Assembly: GCA_964415025.1 (NCBI GenBank)
Contig: CAYPXF010000002.1
Location: forward strand, 11,825-75,824
Direction: 5' to 3'
DNA: 64,000 bases
DNA from: an uncultured Gammaproteobacteria bacterium
Lineage (GTDB): Bacteria > Patescibacteriota > Patescibacteriia > UBA10025 > JAHIVO01
The notes under the pieces are model-generated. The model worked only from the letters and a program-made list of their open reading frames with translations. It was not told the origin of the DNA and searched no databases. Shown one piece after another: positions 10,043-20,541 of this stretch. Position numbers and translations under genes: made by a program. Position 1 is the first letter of the stretch; every line of letters begins with the position of its first letter.

Positions 10043-10888
10043 TTACATGATATTGTCCTGATCCAAAAGATTGACGTCGGGTTCGATCAGCACCCGACTT
10101 GCGGTGCCAGGCAAAAAATTCCACTGTGCGCGGAGCGATCGGGTTTCCCCAGCTTGGAAATTATTAAAATACACCCGATCCATTCCTATAATTTCACTGC
10201 TTCCACGGAGGAGGACCACCGTAAAAGAGGTCTGCCAAAACCCGACTAACCCTTGATTGGTAACCGATGCAGTGACCCAGTGAGCGCCCACTCCTGCGTT
10301 TGCCGTCGCGGAATTATAAGAGACAAAATCTATACTAAAATTCTCCTCTGGCAGGACGGCTGGATCAGGAACACGCCGCCAATCTACGTCTTCAATATTG
10401 ACAGATATGCTGGGTAACTGACCGTTATCGTTTAGCTGGATGGCGATATTTTCTGCAGTCAAATACTTCTGTGAATCTGGCAAACAAAAATCAGTGCGGA
10501 CTTCTGTATTCTCACCGCCGATAGAAAACGTGTAACTAACGGAGCTGGCAGCCCATTTTAAATTATTATTCCTTAATTCCGCTACCAAATCATATCGGCC
10601 GCTCCCAGTAGGAAATGCCTTTGCCTGGACAAGTGACAGCTGTTGCGGCTTGCTTTGTTCACGGACTGTGGCATAGGCCACCTGGTTCTGGGCCATGCCA
10701 ATCATCAGCTTGGTTTCTTTTGGGATACTGAATACAAATAAAATAATATTTGTCAGGGCAAAGATAGTGAAAAAAACATCAGCAGCGATAAATAAAATCA
10801 CCCACCACTTTTTGAAGTATTCGCGGTTACTAAGGAAAAAATAGCTGGATTTCAGCCAAATTGTGCTAATATCAAACTGGGAGGCCAT
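10043..10888 (-). CDS. hypothetical membrane-anchored protein
   Basis: 281-aa ORF with an N-terminal TM helix. I recognise no domain. ATG start. Confidence 0.5.
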   Translation of the reverse strand: MASQFDISTIWLKSSYFFLSNREYFKKWWVILFIAADVFFTIFALTNIILFVFSIPKETKLMIGMAQNQVAYATVREQSKPQQLSLVQAKAFPTGSGRYDLVAELRNNNLKWAASSVSYTFSIGGENTEVRTDFCLPDSQKYLTAENIAIQLNDNGQLPSISVNIEDVDWRRVPDPAVLPEENFSIDFVSYNSATANAGVGAHWVTASVTNQGLVGFWQTSFTVVLLRGSSEIIGMDRVYFNNFQAGETRSLRAQWNFLPGTASRVLIEPDVNLLDQDNIM

Positions 10889-11003
10889 ATGCTCTGTATG
10901 GTCAATTGTAGCATATATAGGAGCGCATGAAAATCAGGTGGCAGATGGCATCAGAGTATGGTATACTAGAGGTGAAGTCTAAGCCGTTAATCCATACGAT
11001 ACC

Positions 11004-11324
11004 ATGTTTGAAACAAGTAAAGACATTCTTTTTTGGGCTCTGGCCGGTAGCGCGGTGATATTTACTTTTTTCCTGTGCTGGGCATTGTTCTATATCGTGA
11101 TGATGCTGAAGCGCGCGCATGAGGCTATCAAACAAGTCTCGGACTTAATCGTCTCAATTAAAGAAAAAATTGACAAGCTCGAGGCACTGTTCTCGTCGAT
11201 CGAGGAAAAACTGAACCACACCGCCTCATACCTGCCGCTTGTGTTTAAGGGTATTACCGAGCTGATAGATTATTTCAAGGATAAGAAACAGAAAAAAGCT
11301 TCCCGCTCGAGCTCAAAAAAATAA
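11004..11324 (+). CDS. hypothetical small membrane protein (TM helix plus coiled-coil)
   Basis: 106-aa ORF. An extended -10 TGgTATACT lies upstream at about 10960. Confidence 0.45.
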   Translation: MFETSKDILFWALAGSAVIFTFFLCWALFYIVMMLKRAHEAIKQVSDLIVSIKEKIDKLEALFSSIEEKLNHTASYLPLVFKGITELIDYFKDKKQKKASRSSSKK

Positions 11325-11352
11325 TAAACGCGATTACCCTCGCTGTTCCCCT

Positions 11353-14300
11353 ATGCCGGACTTTGTTCATCTCCATGTCCATAGTCATTATAGTCTCCTG
11401 GATGGGCTGGCAAAGATTGACGACATAATTGCCAAAGCCCGAGAATACAACATGCCAGCGGTCGCTCTGACCGACCACGGTATTATGTATGGGGCTATTG
11501 AATTTTACCAAAAGGCAAAAGCCGCCGGCATCAAACCGATCATTGGTGTCGAGGCCTATGTCGCCAGGAATGGAAGACTTAATAAACGCGCAAAAATCGA
11601 TGAACGTCCCTACCATCTCGTATTACTGGCGCGTAATAACACCGGCTATAAAAACCTTATTAAGCTCACCTCTACCGCACACGTTGAGGGATTTTACTAT
11701 AAACCCCGGATCGATACAGAGCTGCTAGAGCGGCACGCTGATGGGCTGATCGGCCTGTCAGCCTGCCTCCAGGGGCAAATACCACAATTGCTTGTTAACG
11801 GGCAATACGCCAAGGCAGAGCAAACCGCCCTGGCTATGCAGGAGATTTTTGGTAAGGGTAATTTTTATTTAGAAGTTCAGGACCACCCTAACACGCCACA
11901 CCAGCAAGAAGTGAACAGCGCGCTGTTTCAGCTAAGCGTATCTACGGGCATCCCGGTAGTAGCCACTAATGACGTGCACTATAAAAACAAAGACGATGAT
12001 CGTTTCCACGATATCCTGATATGTCTCCAAACGAAAAAAAAGCAGAATGATACGGACCGCATGAGCTACATGGGAGAGGACTATTCATTTAAAAGTCCGG
12101 AGCAAATGCAGTCGGCTTTTGCCGACCACCCTGAAGCAATAACCAATACGCTCCGTATCGCCGAAAAATGCAGCGTAGAAATAAAGCTGGGAGAAATTAC
12201 CCTGCCGTACTTCGAGGTACCGTCGGATAAAACTACTGATTCATATTTGCGTGAATTATGTATAGCCGGCCTGTCTGCACGGTATCCTGGCCATGAACAT
12301 GATCAGGAAATTCGTGAACGTCTGGACTATGAACTGCAGGTAATTACCAAGACTGGATTTGCTTCATATTTTCTGATTGTGCAGGATTTTGTCAATTGGG
12401 CAAAGGAGAATGATATCGTCGTCGGTCCAGGACGCGGTTCAGCCGCCGGCAGTATTGTCGCTTATCTGACCAATATTACAAATGTTGATCCCATAAAATA
12501 CGGTTTACTGTTTGAGAGATTTCTCAATCCAGACCGTATTTCCATGCCTGACATCGACCTGGATTTTGCCGACACCAGGCGCGACGAAGTGATCGAGTAT
12601 GTGGAGGAAAAATACGGCAAAGACCACGTAGCGCAAATCATCACCTTTGGCACTATGGCAGCGCGTGCCGCAGTGCGCGATGCTGGCCGCGTCCTCGACC
12701 TCCCCTACTCATACTGTGATAAAATTGCCAAAATGATCCCCATGTTCTCCAGTATTACCGAAGCGCTTGAAACTAATCCCGAATTTAAGGAAGTATACAC
12801 CGGTGATACGAACGGTAAACAGCTTATCGACGCAGCGCTGCGACTCGAAGGCGTGGCCCGACACGCCTCAATCCACGCGTGCGGTGTAGTCATCACCAAA
12901 GAACCACTGACCCACTACGTACCAGTACAGTTTTCCACACAGGATGAAAATATTATCGTATCACAATATTCTCTGCATCCGATCGAAGAACTCGGCCTCC
13001 TCAAGATGGATTTCCTGGGACTGAAAAACCTAACCATCCTGGAAAACACTATTGATATTATTAAGAAAGCTCATAATATTGAGATTAATATTGATGAACT
13101 GCCGCTTGATAATAAGGAAACATTCAGACTCATGCAGGCCGGAGAAACCACGGGCGTTTTTCAGCTGGAATCAGCCGGCATGAAACGCTATCTTAAGTTG
13201 CTGCGGCCAACCGAGCTCGAGGACGTCATCGCCATGGTGGCACTGTACCGCCCTGGACCCATGGAATTTATTCCAGACTTCATTGCCCGCAAACACGGCC
13301 AAAAGCAAATTACCTACCTCCACGAAAAATTAAAGCCGATCCTCGAAAAAACATACGGAGTAGCCGTATACCAGGAGCAGCTTATGAAAATTGCCCGGGA
13401 TTTAGCCGGCTTTTCCCTGGGCGAGGCTGATATCCTGCGCAAAGCGGTCGGTAAGAAAATTCAAAAGCTGCTCGATGAACAGCGCGAAAAATTAATTTCC
13501 GGCATGGCAGAAAACAATATTCCACGGTCCACCGCCAGGAGTATTTGGCAGTTTATTGAGCCGTTTGCCCGCTATGGATTTAACCGCGCGCATGCTGCGT
13601 GTTATGCGCTGATCGCCTATCAGACCGCTTATTTTAAGGCCAATTATCCTGATGAATTCATGGCTTCGCTGCTCACTGCCGACTACGGCAATATTGACCG
13701 TATTGCGATTGAGGTCGAGGAATGCGAGCGCATGGGTATCAGCGTGCTGCCGCCGGATATTAATGAGAGCTTTTCTACGTTTACTGCTGTATTTAATCCT
13801 GATACGCACGAGCCAGAGAAAAAAATCAGGTTCGGTCTGCTGGCTATCAAAAACGTCGGCAGCAATATAGTCCGCACGATTATACGCGAGCGCAAACAGC
13901 ACGGCCCGTACAAAGGCCTGGAGGATTTCCTCACCCGCGTCCAGACTAAGGATCTGAATAAAAAATCCATGGAAAGCCTGGTCAAATCAGGTGCACTGGA
14001 TCATTTTGGCGAGCGAAATCAACTGCTGCAAAACCTCGATTCCCTGCTCCGCTTCGCCAAGACGATAGAAAAAGAATCAAATAATAATCAGACGAGTATC
14101 TTTGGCTCGCTGCCCACCCAGCACGCCCCGGCGCTCAAACTGCAGCCAGCTGATCCCGCCCCAAAATCACGCCGTCTGGCCTGGGAAAAAGAATATCTCG
14201 GACTGTATATTTCCGAACATCCCCTGGCTGACTATGCTGAACACTTTCAGACTATGGCCTCCCCCATCCAGGAACTGCCGCAGCGGCTGGATAATGAATC

Positions 14301-14793
14301 GGTTGTTATTGGCGGTATTATTACGGATATCCAAAAAATTATTACGCGGAAAAACCAGCCCATGCTGTTTGTTAAGCTCGAGGACATGTCCGGCCGCACC
14401 GAAGTACTGGTCTTCCCTACCCTGCTGGCTGAAACCCCCGGCCTCTGGCAAGAAGACAGTATTGTCTTAGTGCGCGGCAAAGTCTCCGACAAGGACGGAG
14501 AGATCAAACTGTTGGCTGATAGCGCCAAAAAAATTGAGGCTAACAGTCTGCAAAAAAACGGCAACGGCACAGACGACGTGGTCTACCTCGATATACCCCA
14601 GAAAATGAAACGGAGCGTGTTTGAGGAACTGAAACAGATTTGCCTGGATCATCCCGGGGATAAACAGGTCAAGCTACGCATCAATAATAACGGTCAGATA
14701 AAAACCATCAGTACTAAATACCGTGTCGGACCAGAGTGCTATACACCGATCCAGGACTTAATCGGCATTGATAATTTACAGATAGCTCCATAA
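11353..14793 (+). CDS. dnaE: DNA polymerase III alpha subunit
   Basis: N-terminal PHP domain ([13 protein letters not shown]) and a polIIIalpha core, 1146 aa. Confidence 0.95.
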   Translation: MPDFVHLHVHSHYSLLDGLAKIDDIIAKAREYNMPAVALTDHGIMYGAIEFYQKAKAAGIKPIIGVEAYVARNGRLNKRAKIDERPYHLVLLARNNTGYKNLIKLTSTAHVEGFYYKPRIDTELLERHADGLIGLSACLQGQIPQLLVNGQYAKAEQTALAMQEIFGKGNFYLEVQDHPNTPHQQEVNSALFQLSVSTGIPVVATNDVHYKNKDDDRFHDILICLQTKKKQNDTDRMSYMGEDYSFKSPEQMQSAFADHPEAITNTLRIAEKCSVEIKLGEITLPYFEVPSDKTTDSYLRELCIAGLSARYPGHEHDQEIRERLDYELQVITKTGFASYFLIVQDFVNWAKENDIVVGPGRGSAAGSIVAYLTNITNVDPIKYGLLFERFLNPDRISMPDIDLDFADTRRDEVIEYVEEKYGKDHVAQIITFGTMAARAAVRDAGRVLDLPYSYCDKIAKMIPMFSSITEALETNPEFKEVYTGDTNGKQLIDAALRLEGVARHASIHACGVVITKEPLTHYVPVQFSTQDENIIVSQYSLHPIEELGLLKMDFLGLKNLTILENTIDIIKKAHNIEINIDELPLDNKETFRLMQAGETTGVFQLESAGMKRYLKLLRPTELEDVIAMVALYRPGPMEFIPDFIARKHGQKQITYLHEKLKPILEKTYGVAVYQEQLMKIARDLAGFSLGEADILRKAVGKKIQKLLDEQREKLISGMAENNIPRSTARSIWQFIEPFARYGFNRAHAACYALIAYQTAYFKANYPDEFMASLLTADYGNIDRIAIEVEECERMGISVLPPDINESFSTFTAVFNPDTHEPEKKIRFGLLAIKNVGSNIVRTIIRERKQHGPYKGLEDFLTRVQTKDLNKKSMESLVKSGALDHFGERNQLLQNLDSLLRFAKTIEKESNNNQTSIFGSLPTQHAPALKLQPADPAPKSRRLAWEKEYLGLYISEHPLADYAEHFQTMASPIQELPQRLDNESVVIGGIITDIQKIITRKNQPMLFVKLEDMSGRTEVLVFPTLLAETPGLWQEDSIVLVRGKVSDKDGEIKLLADSAKKIEANSLQKNGNGTDDVVYLDIPQKMKRSVFEELKQICLDHPGDKQVKLRINNNGQIKTISTKYRVGPECYTPIQDLIGIDNLQIAP

Positions 14794-14798
14794 GCGGT

Positions 14799-15980
14799 AT
14801 GATTGATCATATGCGTATCAGCGCCATCCAAACCACGCGTTTTTATAAAAAAGTGATCGTCGGATTTTGTGTCGGCGTGGTGGTTGTTTTTGGTCTGATA
14901 CTGTATTTTTCTTTTTCGAAAACCATCATCACCGTGCATTTAAAACCGTACGACAGCACTACTGAATACAAGGTTATCATATCCGACAGCACCGAGCTCA
15001 ATGAGCTGGCCGAACTAGCCGCTGGTAAAGAAATTGTCCAAGGATATTTACTAAAAACCAACCTGGCTGACTCGGCGACTTATGAAAACACTGCACACGG
15101 TGAAACAATCGAGGGAGTAGCTGCCGGCACGGTGACGATTTATAATAACTGGTCGCAAACACAGCCGCTGACCGCGACTACCAGGCTTTTGACACCAGAT
15201 GGTGTGCTGTTCCGCATCAAACAGCGCGTGGATATACCGCCAGGAAGCAAACTGGAAAATGTCGAGGTGTATGCCGATCAGCCCGGCGCTAGCGGCAATA
15301 TTGAGCCGACAACATTCACCATCCCCGGATTATGGGAAGGGCTGCAGGATCAAATATACGCAGAAAGTTTTGAGCCCATGACTGGCGGCGTGGTCAAGGC
15401 TAAAGTTTTGACCCAAGAAATTATTACCGAAGGTAAACGTAGTCTGCTCGACGAGCTGAAAACAAAAGCCGCGGTAGATCTCGAAGACATAGCGCTGACT
15501 AAATACCCTGACACTGATTTTCGCAAAACACTCTACCCCATCATCTTGTCTGAAAGCGTTTCGCCAGCGGCAGGCACTATCAGTGATACCTTTACCGTAG
15601 ATCTGGAAGTAAGCTTCATCGGCGTATTTTATGACCAGGATGAAACGGTACTCATAGGCCTGGAACAACTAAAAAAAGAATTATCCGATGACGAAGAAGT
15701 CTTACGGTATACTGCTGACGGGCTGAAGGCCAGTATAGAATCATACGACTATGACAATCAGACCGCACAGCTGAATATCGATTATACAGCCAGCGTCGTG
15801 CCGCGCTTATCACATCCCATGTTCGACCGAACTAATTTAACAGGAAAAGATGAGCAGGCTATCAAGGCTTATTTTTCAAACTTTGATGAAGTGGGGTATA
15901 TAAAAATCAAATTTTCACCCTTTTGGGTGACCGAATCTCCCAGCCTGATCGACCATATTGAAATAAGGACAAGCCCATAA
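14799..15980 (+). CDS. hypothetical membrane-anchored protein
   Basis: 393-aa ORF with an N-terminal TM helix and no recognised domain. Lies directly downstream of dnaE. Confidence 0.5.
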   Translation: MIDHMRISAIQTTRFYKKVIVGFCVGVVVVFGLILYFSFSKTIITVHLKPYDSTTEYKVIISDSTELNELAELAAGKEIVQGYLLKTNLADSATYENTAHGETIEGVAAGTVTIYNNWSQTQPLTATTRLLTPDGVLFRIKQRVDIPPGSKLENVEVYADQPGASGNIEPTTFTIPGLWEGLQDQIYAESFEPMTGGVVKAKVLTQEIITEGKRSLLDELKTKAAVDLEDIALTKYPDTDFRKTLYPIILSESVSPAAGTISDTFTVDLEVSFIGVFYDQDETVLIGLEQLKKELSDDEEVLRYTADGLKASIESYDYDNQTAQLNIDYTASVVPRLSHPMFDRTNLTGKDEQAIKAYFSNFDEVGYIKIKFSPFWVTESPSLIDHIEIRTSP

Positions 15981-16009
15981 TTGACAAATAACACAGTACC
16001 AAATATAAT
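15981..16009 (+). promoter_or_regulatory. perfect consensus sigma-70 promoter TTGACA-17-TATAAT
   Basis: TTGACA at 15981-15986, a 17-nt spacer, and TATAAT at 16004-16009. It begins immediately after the stop of the upstream CDS. Confidence 0.6.
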
Positions 16010-16015
16010 TACTGT

Positions 16016-16204
16016 TGCTTTGTGGTGATTGTAGCGGCTACCAACCGCTGTGGTGCCAAACCACCCATTCTACGGGCTAAACCACGAGTCAATTTAATAA
16101 ATAAGCGGTCCGCCCCTGGCGGACAATACGGGTGGAACCGTTCGTAGATTCCGGCCTTGCCAGGAACTGCAGAACCCCAATACTGACATAGATTTGGGTA
16201 TTTT
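16016..16204 (+). ncRNA. candidate structured non-coding RNA / thrS leader element, about 190 nt
   Basis: Starts downstream of the consensus promoter. Contains a hairpin AGCGG-CUACCAA-CCGCU whose 7-nt loop shows ACC followed by A, a T-box-like motif GGGUGGAACCG at 16130-16140, GC-rich helices, and a weak terminator-like CCCAA...UUGGG+UAUUUU end. No ORF lies in the 800-bp region. Confidence 0.3.
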
Positions 16205-16620
16205 AATGTATAAATACTAACGCGTAATAAATAACAAACACTTAAGGGGAAAAGAGTTCCGGATTCACCTTTATGGCCCGAGCAAAAGTCGAAGACAGAT
16301 GTGTATTATAGAATAAATAGCACATTATAATCTCACCAACCCAGCCAATAAAACTGATTACGGACACATTCACAATAATTTTTACCCTCACTGTACTGGA
16401 TTAGAGCCTATTATTTTTATAAATAAGTTCAACTAGAAAGCAACATGTAGAGATATTTACCCGATCAAGCACTATCGTCTAACCGACCCAGACACTAACC
16501 CCCTATACGTAATAAGTGCTGAATTAATCACCAGCACTTAATCTACAATTGCCACGAAACAGTGTGGGAAACAATTTGCTGGAAAACAATAGCAGGTTTC
16601 ATAATGTCAAATAACATTCT

Positions 16621-16638
16621 AACATTCTTAAGAATGTT
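16621..16638. promoter_or_regulatory. perfect 18-bp palindrome AACATTCTTAAGAATGTT upstream of thrS
   Basis: Read directly, about 150 nt upstream of the thrS ATG. A further AACATTCT direct copy lies 2 nt upstream. Confidence 0.3.
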
Positions 16639-16785
16639 CAAGTGAATATGAATATAATAATGACATACCCGACATTTTCTACTGTTTACTGGATTCAGAG
16701 CGAATGCTTATGTATTACGGGATATTGCTTAGAAAATCCACCATTAAATACCTCGATCACATATTACTAATTATCTATTTTTTTT

Positions 16786-18504
16786 ATGAACGAACAACTC
16801 CATAAAATTCGTCATTCACTTTCCCATCTGATGGCCATGGCCGTACTGGACATGTTTCCGGACGCCAAGCTGGCTATCGGTCCGGTGATTGAAGACGGCT
16901 TTTATTATGACTTTGACCTGTCTCGTTCTCTGACGCCGCAAGACTTGCCTAGGATTGAAAAAAGGATGAAAAAACTGATCCAGCAGAATATCAAGTTTAC
17001 CAAGCTGGAAAAATCAGTTGCTGAAGCTAAAGCGTTATGTAAAAATCAACCGTACAAGCTGGAGCTTATTGACCAACTGCTAAAAAACAACGAACCGATT
17101 ACATTTTATGCGTCAGGCGAATTTATCGATCTATGCGGCGGTCCGCACGTAGACTCGTCCAAAGAAATTTCAGCAGATGGATTTAAACTGCTAAAAACCG
17201 CCGGCGCGTATTGGCGCGGTGATGAAAAAAATACCATGCTGCAGCGTATCTATGGAGTCGCTTTTACCTCAAAAAAGGAGCTTGATGACTACCTCAAACT
17301 GCAGGAAGAAATGAAAAAACGTGACCACCGCAAACTGGGTAAAGAACTGGAGCTGTATGATTTTCACGACGTAGCGCCCGGGGCGCCGTTCTGGCTGCCA
17401 AAAGGCATGGTTATGTACCGTGAACTAGAGGACCTGCTACGGAATGAACTGCGGGCAGATGAATATGAGGAGATTAAAACTCCGCAGATTTTGCATAAAC
17501 AATTATGGGAAGAATCAGGCCACTGGGATCACTACCGTGATAACATGTTCCTGGTTGAGGTAGAAAACCAGACGTTTTCGCTCAAGCCCATGAACTGTCC
17601 GGGGTCAACCTTTGTCTACCGGCGGCATAAGCGCAGCTACCGCGACCTGCCTATTCGGCTTGCTGAATTTGGACTGAATTCACGGAATGAATTATCCGGC
17701 ACGCTCGGCGGCCTGTTCCGGGTCCGCCAGTTTGTCATGGATGACGCGCATATATACTGCCGCCCAGACCAGATTCAGTCAGAGGTGCGGAAAACGCTGT
17801 CCCTAATGAAACGCGTACATAAACACTTCGGGTTTAATCCGTCCTATTACCTTTCGACTATGCCCGATGACCACTTAGGCGAGGAAAAGACCTGGCGCTA
17901 CGCTGAAACAATGCTGACCCAAGCCTTGGCAAAGAACAAAATATCATTCGAGGTCAAGGAAAAGGACGGGGCTTTTTACGGACCGAAAATCGATGTGGAA
18001 ATCAAAGACAGCCTAAACCGAAATTGGCAATTAACCACCATCCAGCTGGATTATAATTTGCCGGAACGTTTTGACCTCTCTTATACGGACGCACATGGCA
18101 AGGAACAGCGTCCGATTATCGTCCACCGGGCAATTTATGGCAGTTTTGAGCGTTTCATCGGCATTCTGGTAGAGCACTATGCCGGGGCTTTTCCTGTGTG
18201 GTTATCCCCTATCCAGGCGGCCGTACTGACGGTCGGCAAAGCACACAGCGCGCACGCCAAAAAACTGCATCAGCAGTTCCAGGAGGCCGGCATCCGCTCC
18301 GAGCTCAATGACGGTAATGACACGGTCGGCTATAAAATCAGAAAAGCCACCAAACAAAAAATTCCCTACATGCTGGTCATCGGGGATAAGGAAGCTAAAA
18401 GCGCCAAACTGCACGTACGACTTCGTGGTAAAAAAGACATCAAGCAGATGTCAGTCAGCGCGTTTATCAAGCACGTGACTGGAGAAATAACCAAACGGAA
18501 GTAA
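16786..18504 (+). CDS. thrS: threonyl-tRNA synthetase, short form lacking the N-terminal TGS domain
   Basis: Begins at the editing domain (HSLSHLM...GPVIEDGFYYDFDL). Class II catalytic core and a C-terminal anticodon-binding domain. 572 aa. Confidence 0.9.
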   Translation: MNEQLHKIRHSLSHLMAMAVLDMFPDAKLAIGPVIEDGFYYDFDLSRSLTPQDLPRIEKRMKKLIQQNIKFTKLEKSVAEAKALCKNQPYKLELIDQLLKNNEPITFYASGEFIDLCGGPHVDSSKEISADGFKLLKTAGAYWRGDEKNTMLQRIYGVAFTSKKELDDYLKLQEEMKKRDHRKLGKELELYDFHDVAPGAPFWLPKGMVMYRELEDLLRNELRADEYEEIKTPQILHKQLWEESGHWDHYRDNMFLVEVENQTFSLKPMNCPGSTFVYRRHKRSYRDLPIRLAEFGLNSRNELSGTLGGLFRVRQFVMDDAHIYCRPDQIQSEVRKTLSLMKRVHKHFGFNPSYYLSTMPDDHLGEEKTWRYAETMLTQALAKNKISFEVKEKDGAFYGPKIDVEIKDSLNRNWQLTTIQLDYNLPERFDLSYTDAHGKEQRPIIVHRAIYGSFERFIGILVEHYAGAFPVWLSPIQAAVLTVGKAHSAHAKKLHQQFQEAGIRSELNDGNDTVGYKIRKATKQKIPYMLVIGDKEAKSAKLHVRLRGKKDIKQMSVSAFIKHVTGEITKRK

Positions 18505-18582
18505 TAGCCTTCACAAGCCCAGGCCGCTCTGCCCGCCATCGCCTACGGCAAAGCCGCGGCAGGCGGATGTACCTGGGCTGTG

Positions 18583-18741
18583 TTACTGCGCCATGGCAAT
18601 AGCCACGAACACGCCGGCCACAACGGCTGCCACAATAACAACGGTCAGTACGACTTTTGTGCTCGTGCCGAGCTTTTGCTCTACCTGGACATCGGTGAGC
18701 ATATCCTGCTCTTCAGCTTTTTGCTTTAAATCCTCGGGCAT
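18583..18741 (-). CDS. hypothetical 52-aa tail-anchored membrane protein
   Basis: Manual translation: MPEDLKQKAEEQDMLTDVQVEQKLGTSTKVVLTVVIVAAVVAGVFVAIAMAQ. An extended -10 TGgTATACT lies upstream. A long imperfect hairpin at 18515-18582 follows the stop. Confidence 0.25.
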   Translation of the reverse strand: MPEDLKQKAEEQDMLTDVQVEQKLGTSTKVVLTVVIVAAVVAGVFVAIAMAQ

Positions 18742-18927
18742 AAAGTTATCTACTATTGATACTGCTAGTATACCACAGCTTGCTTGTGAAAAGAACAGCG
18801 GAAAGGTAGAATAAGAGTTACCCTGGTTTTTAGGAGTTTCTTGAGTTTTTACAATCCCAGGATTAAATTAAATCCGAAATCCGAAGCATCCACCCACAGC
18901 GCTGAAGCGCAGCTTCGGCAGGCGCGG

Positions 18928-18976
18928 CGAAATCCCGTATAGGGATGTAATTCCTACGGGACTATACGTCCGAAAC
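18928..18976 (+). repeat. repeated hairpin element, copy 1 (CGAAATCCCGTATAGGGATGTAATTCCTACGGGACTATACGTCCGAAAC)
   Basis: About 49-nt element. A second copy is at 30234-30282 with covarying stem substitutions. Confidence 0.5.
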
Positions 18977-19136
18977 GACATCTAATAATAAAATGATCAA
19001 AATTCAAAACCAATATATTTAGAATATCTGAATTTTTAAAATTTAAATTTGTTTCGAATTTAGAAATTTATGCTTCGGATTTTATAAACAGATAAAGGAT
19101 TTAGAATTAGTAGTTCCAAACATTAACTCATTACAT

Positions 19137-20528
19137 ATGCTTTATTATCTATTGATCATTGGTTGCCAAATGAATAGATCTGATGCTGAACGGCTCGGCA
19201 CCCTACTCCAATCCCACGGTGCCATACAGACACATTCAAGCGATGCGGCTGACGTGCTCATCGTGGTGTCTTGCTCTGTTCGTCAAAAAGCCATGGATCG
19301 TATCTATGGCATGGTGCCGCAATGGAATAAGCGCCGCTGCCAAAGGAAACTACAAACCGTACTCACCGGCTGCGTCCTGCCCTATGACCGTAAACGGCTG
19401 CGGGAAGCGTTTGACCACTTCATCGAAATAAAAGATATCGAACGATTACCCCGTCTCCTTGGTTTGGCCAAGAAAAAAGATACCCCCACAGTCGAAATCA
19501 CAAACGCTGATTATTTAGCCCTGCCGACGCTCCATAGCTCACCATTCCAGGCATACGTTCCCATCATGACCGGCTGCAATAACTACTGCACCTATTGTGC
19601 TGTACCGCATACCCGCGGCCAGGAAGCCTCCCGGCCCGCCTCGGCAATACTTCGGGAAGTGACATCGCTCATTAATCATGGCTATAAGGAAATTACCCTA
19701 CTGGGACAAAACGTCAACGCCTATATCGACCCAGAACAATACCATGATGAAGAAACAATCGAAACGAGGTCACGGGAATTTTGGCGATTCAGGCCAGACC
19801 AGCCAATACAGTGGCGCTCGGCCACGACTCGGGTGCCAAAAGACTTTGCCGAGCTGCTAAAAACAATCAATGCTATCCCCGGTGATTTTTGGCTCCGATT
19901 TATTACCTCAAATCCGCAGGATGTGTCTGATGAACTCATCAATACACTGCCCCAATGCGAAAAACTTACCCCTTATTTCCACTTGCCTATCCAATCAGGA
20001 GATGATGAAATATTGCAAAAAATGAACCGGCGCCATAATCGGGACTACTACCTGACGCTTATCGATAAAATACGCACTGCCTGGCCGGGCGTGGCCATAA
20101 CGACAGATATCATCGTTGGTTTTCCCGGAGAAACAGCGAAGCAATTCCAGCACACAGCAGATCTCATGCGGCAGGTACAGTATGATATGGCTTATATTGC
20201 TGAATACTCTCCCCGTCCCGGAACTGCCGCAGCGCGATTTTTCGAGGACGACATACCGTCAGGCGAAAAGTCGCGGCGAAAAAAAGAACTAAATGCCATT
20301 CTCGAGAAAACAGCACTCCAACAAAATAATAAATTGATTGATCAGGATGCCCGGGTGCTGGTAGAGCGCTATGACCCTGACAAAAAAATAAATACCGCCA
20401 AAACGGCTGGGTTTAAAAATATCCGTTTTACCGGCCCTGATTACAAGGGCAGTTTTGTCACCCTCCGTGTGGATACAGCTGATACCTGGGGTCTGTCTGG
20501 AACTATAAAAAAACTGCGCCCTATTTAA
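19137..20528 (+). CDS. miaB: tRNA methylthiotransferase, MiaB-like radical SAM MTTase
   Basis: N-terminal MTTase block IIGCQMNRSDAE, a radical SAM CNNYCTYC motif, and a C-terminal TRAM domain. Confidence 0.85.
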   Translation: MLYYLLIIGCQMNRSDAERLGTLLQSHGAIQTHSSDAADVLIVVSCSVRQKAMDRIYGMVPQWNKRRCQRKLQTVLTGCVLPYDRKRLREAFDHFIEIKDIERLPRLLGLAKKKDTPTVEITNADYLALPTLHSSPFQAYVPIMTGCNNYCTYCAVPHTRGQEASRPASAILREVTSLINHGYKEITLLGQNVNAYIDPEQYHDEETIETRSREFWRFRPDQPIQWRSATTRVPKDFAELLKTINAIPGDFWLRFITSNPQDVSDELINTLPQCEKLTPYFHLPIQSGDDEILQKMNRRHNRDYYLTLIDKIRTAWPGVAITTDIIVGFPGETAKQFQHTADLMRQVQYDMAYIAEYSPRPGTAAARFFEDDIPSGEKSRRKKELNAILEKTALQQNNKLIDQDARVLVERYDPDKKINTAKTAGFKNIRFTGPDYKGSFVTLRVDTADTWGLSGTIKKLRPI

Positions 20529-20541
20529 ACAGAGACGCAGT

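Noticed and set aside
16020-16095. tRNA-like cloverleaf: an acceptor-like stem UGUGGU/ACCACG enclosing an anticodon-like hairpin with loop CUACCAA and a second hairpin GGUG-CCAAAC-CACC
   Set aside because: There is no D-arm (only 6 nt between stems) and no T-loop consensus. The second loop has 6 nt, not 7, and there is no CCA end. I kept it as part of the structured-RNA candidate rather than a tRNA.
15981-16204. RNase P RNA, tmRNA or SRP RNA in the ORF-free region
   Set aside because: I looked for the P4 (GGAAAGUCCGGGC, ACAGAACCCGGCUUA), tmRNA (GGGG...tag ORF...tRNA-like 3' end) and SRP helix-8 (GGUCCGGAAGGAAGCAGC) signatures. I found only loose partial matches, and the region is too short for RNase P or tmRNA.
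18593-18814. 73-aa T/S/A-rich plus-strand ORF after thrS
   Set aside because: It is low-complexity, with no start context. The opposite strand holds a more protein-like 52-aa tail-anchored ORF with a promoter-like -10 box.
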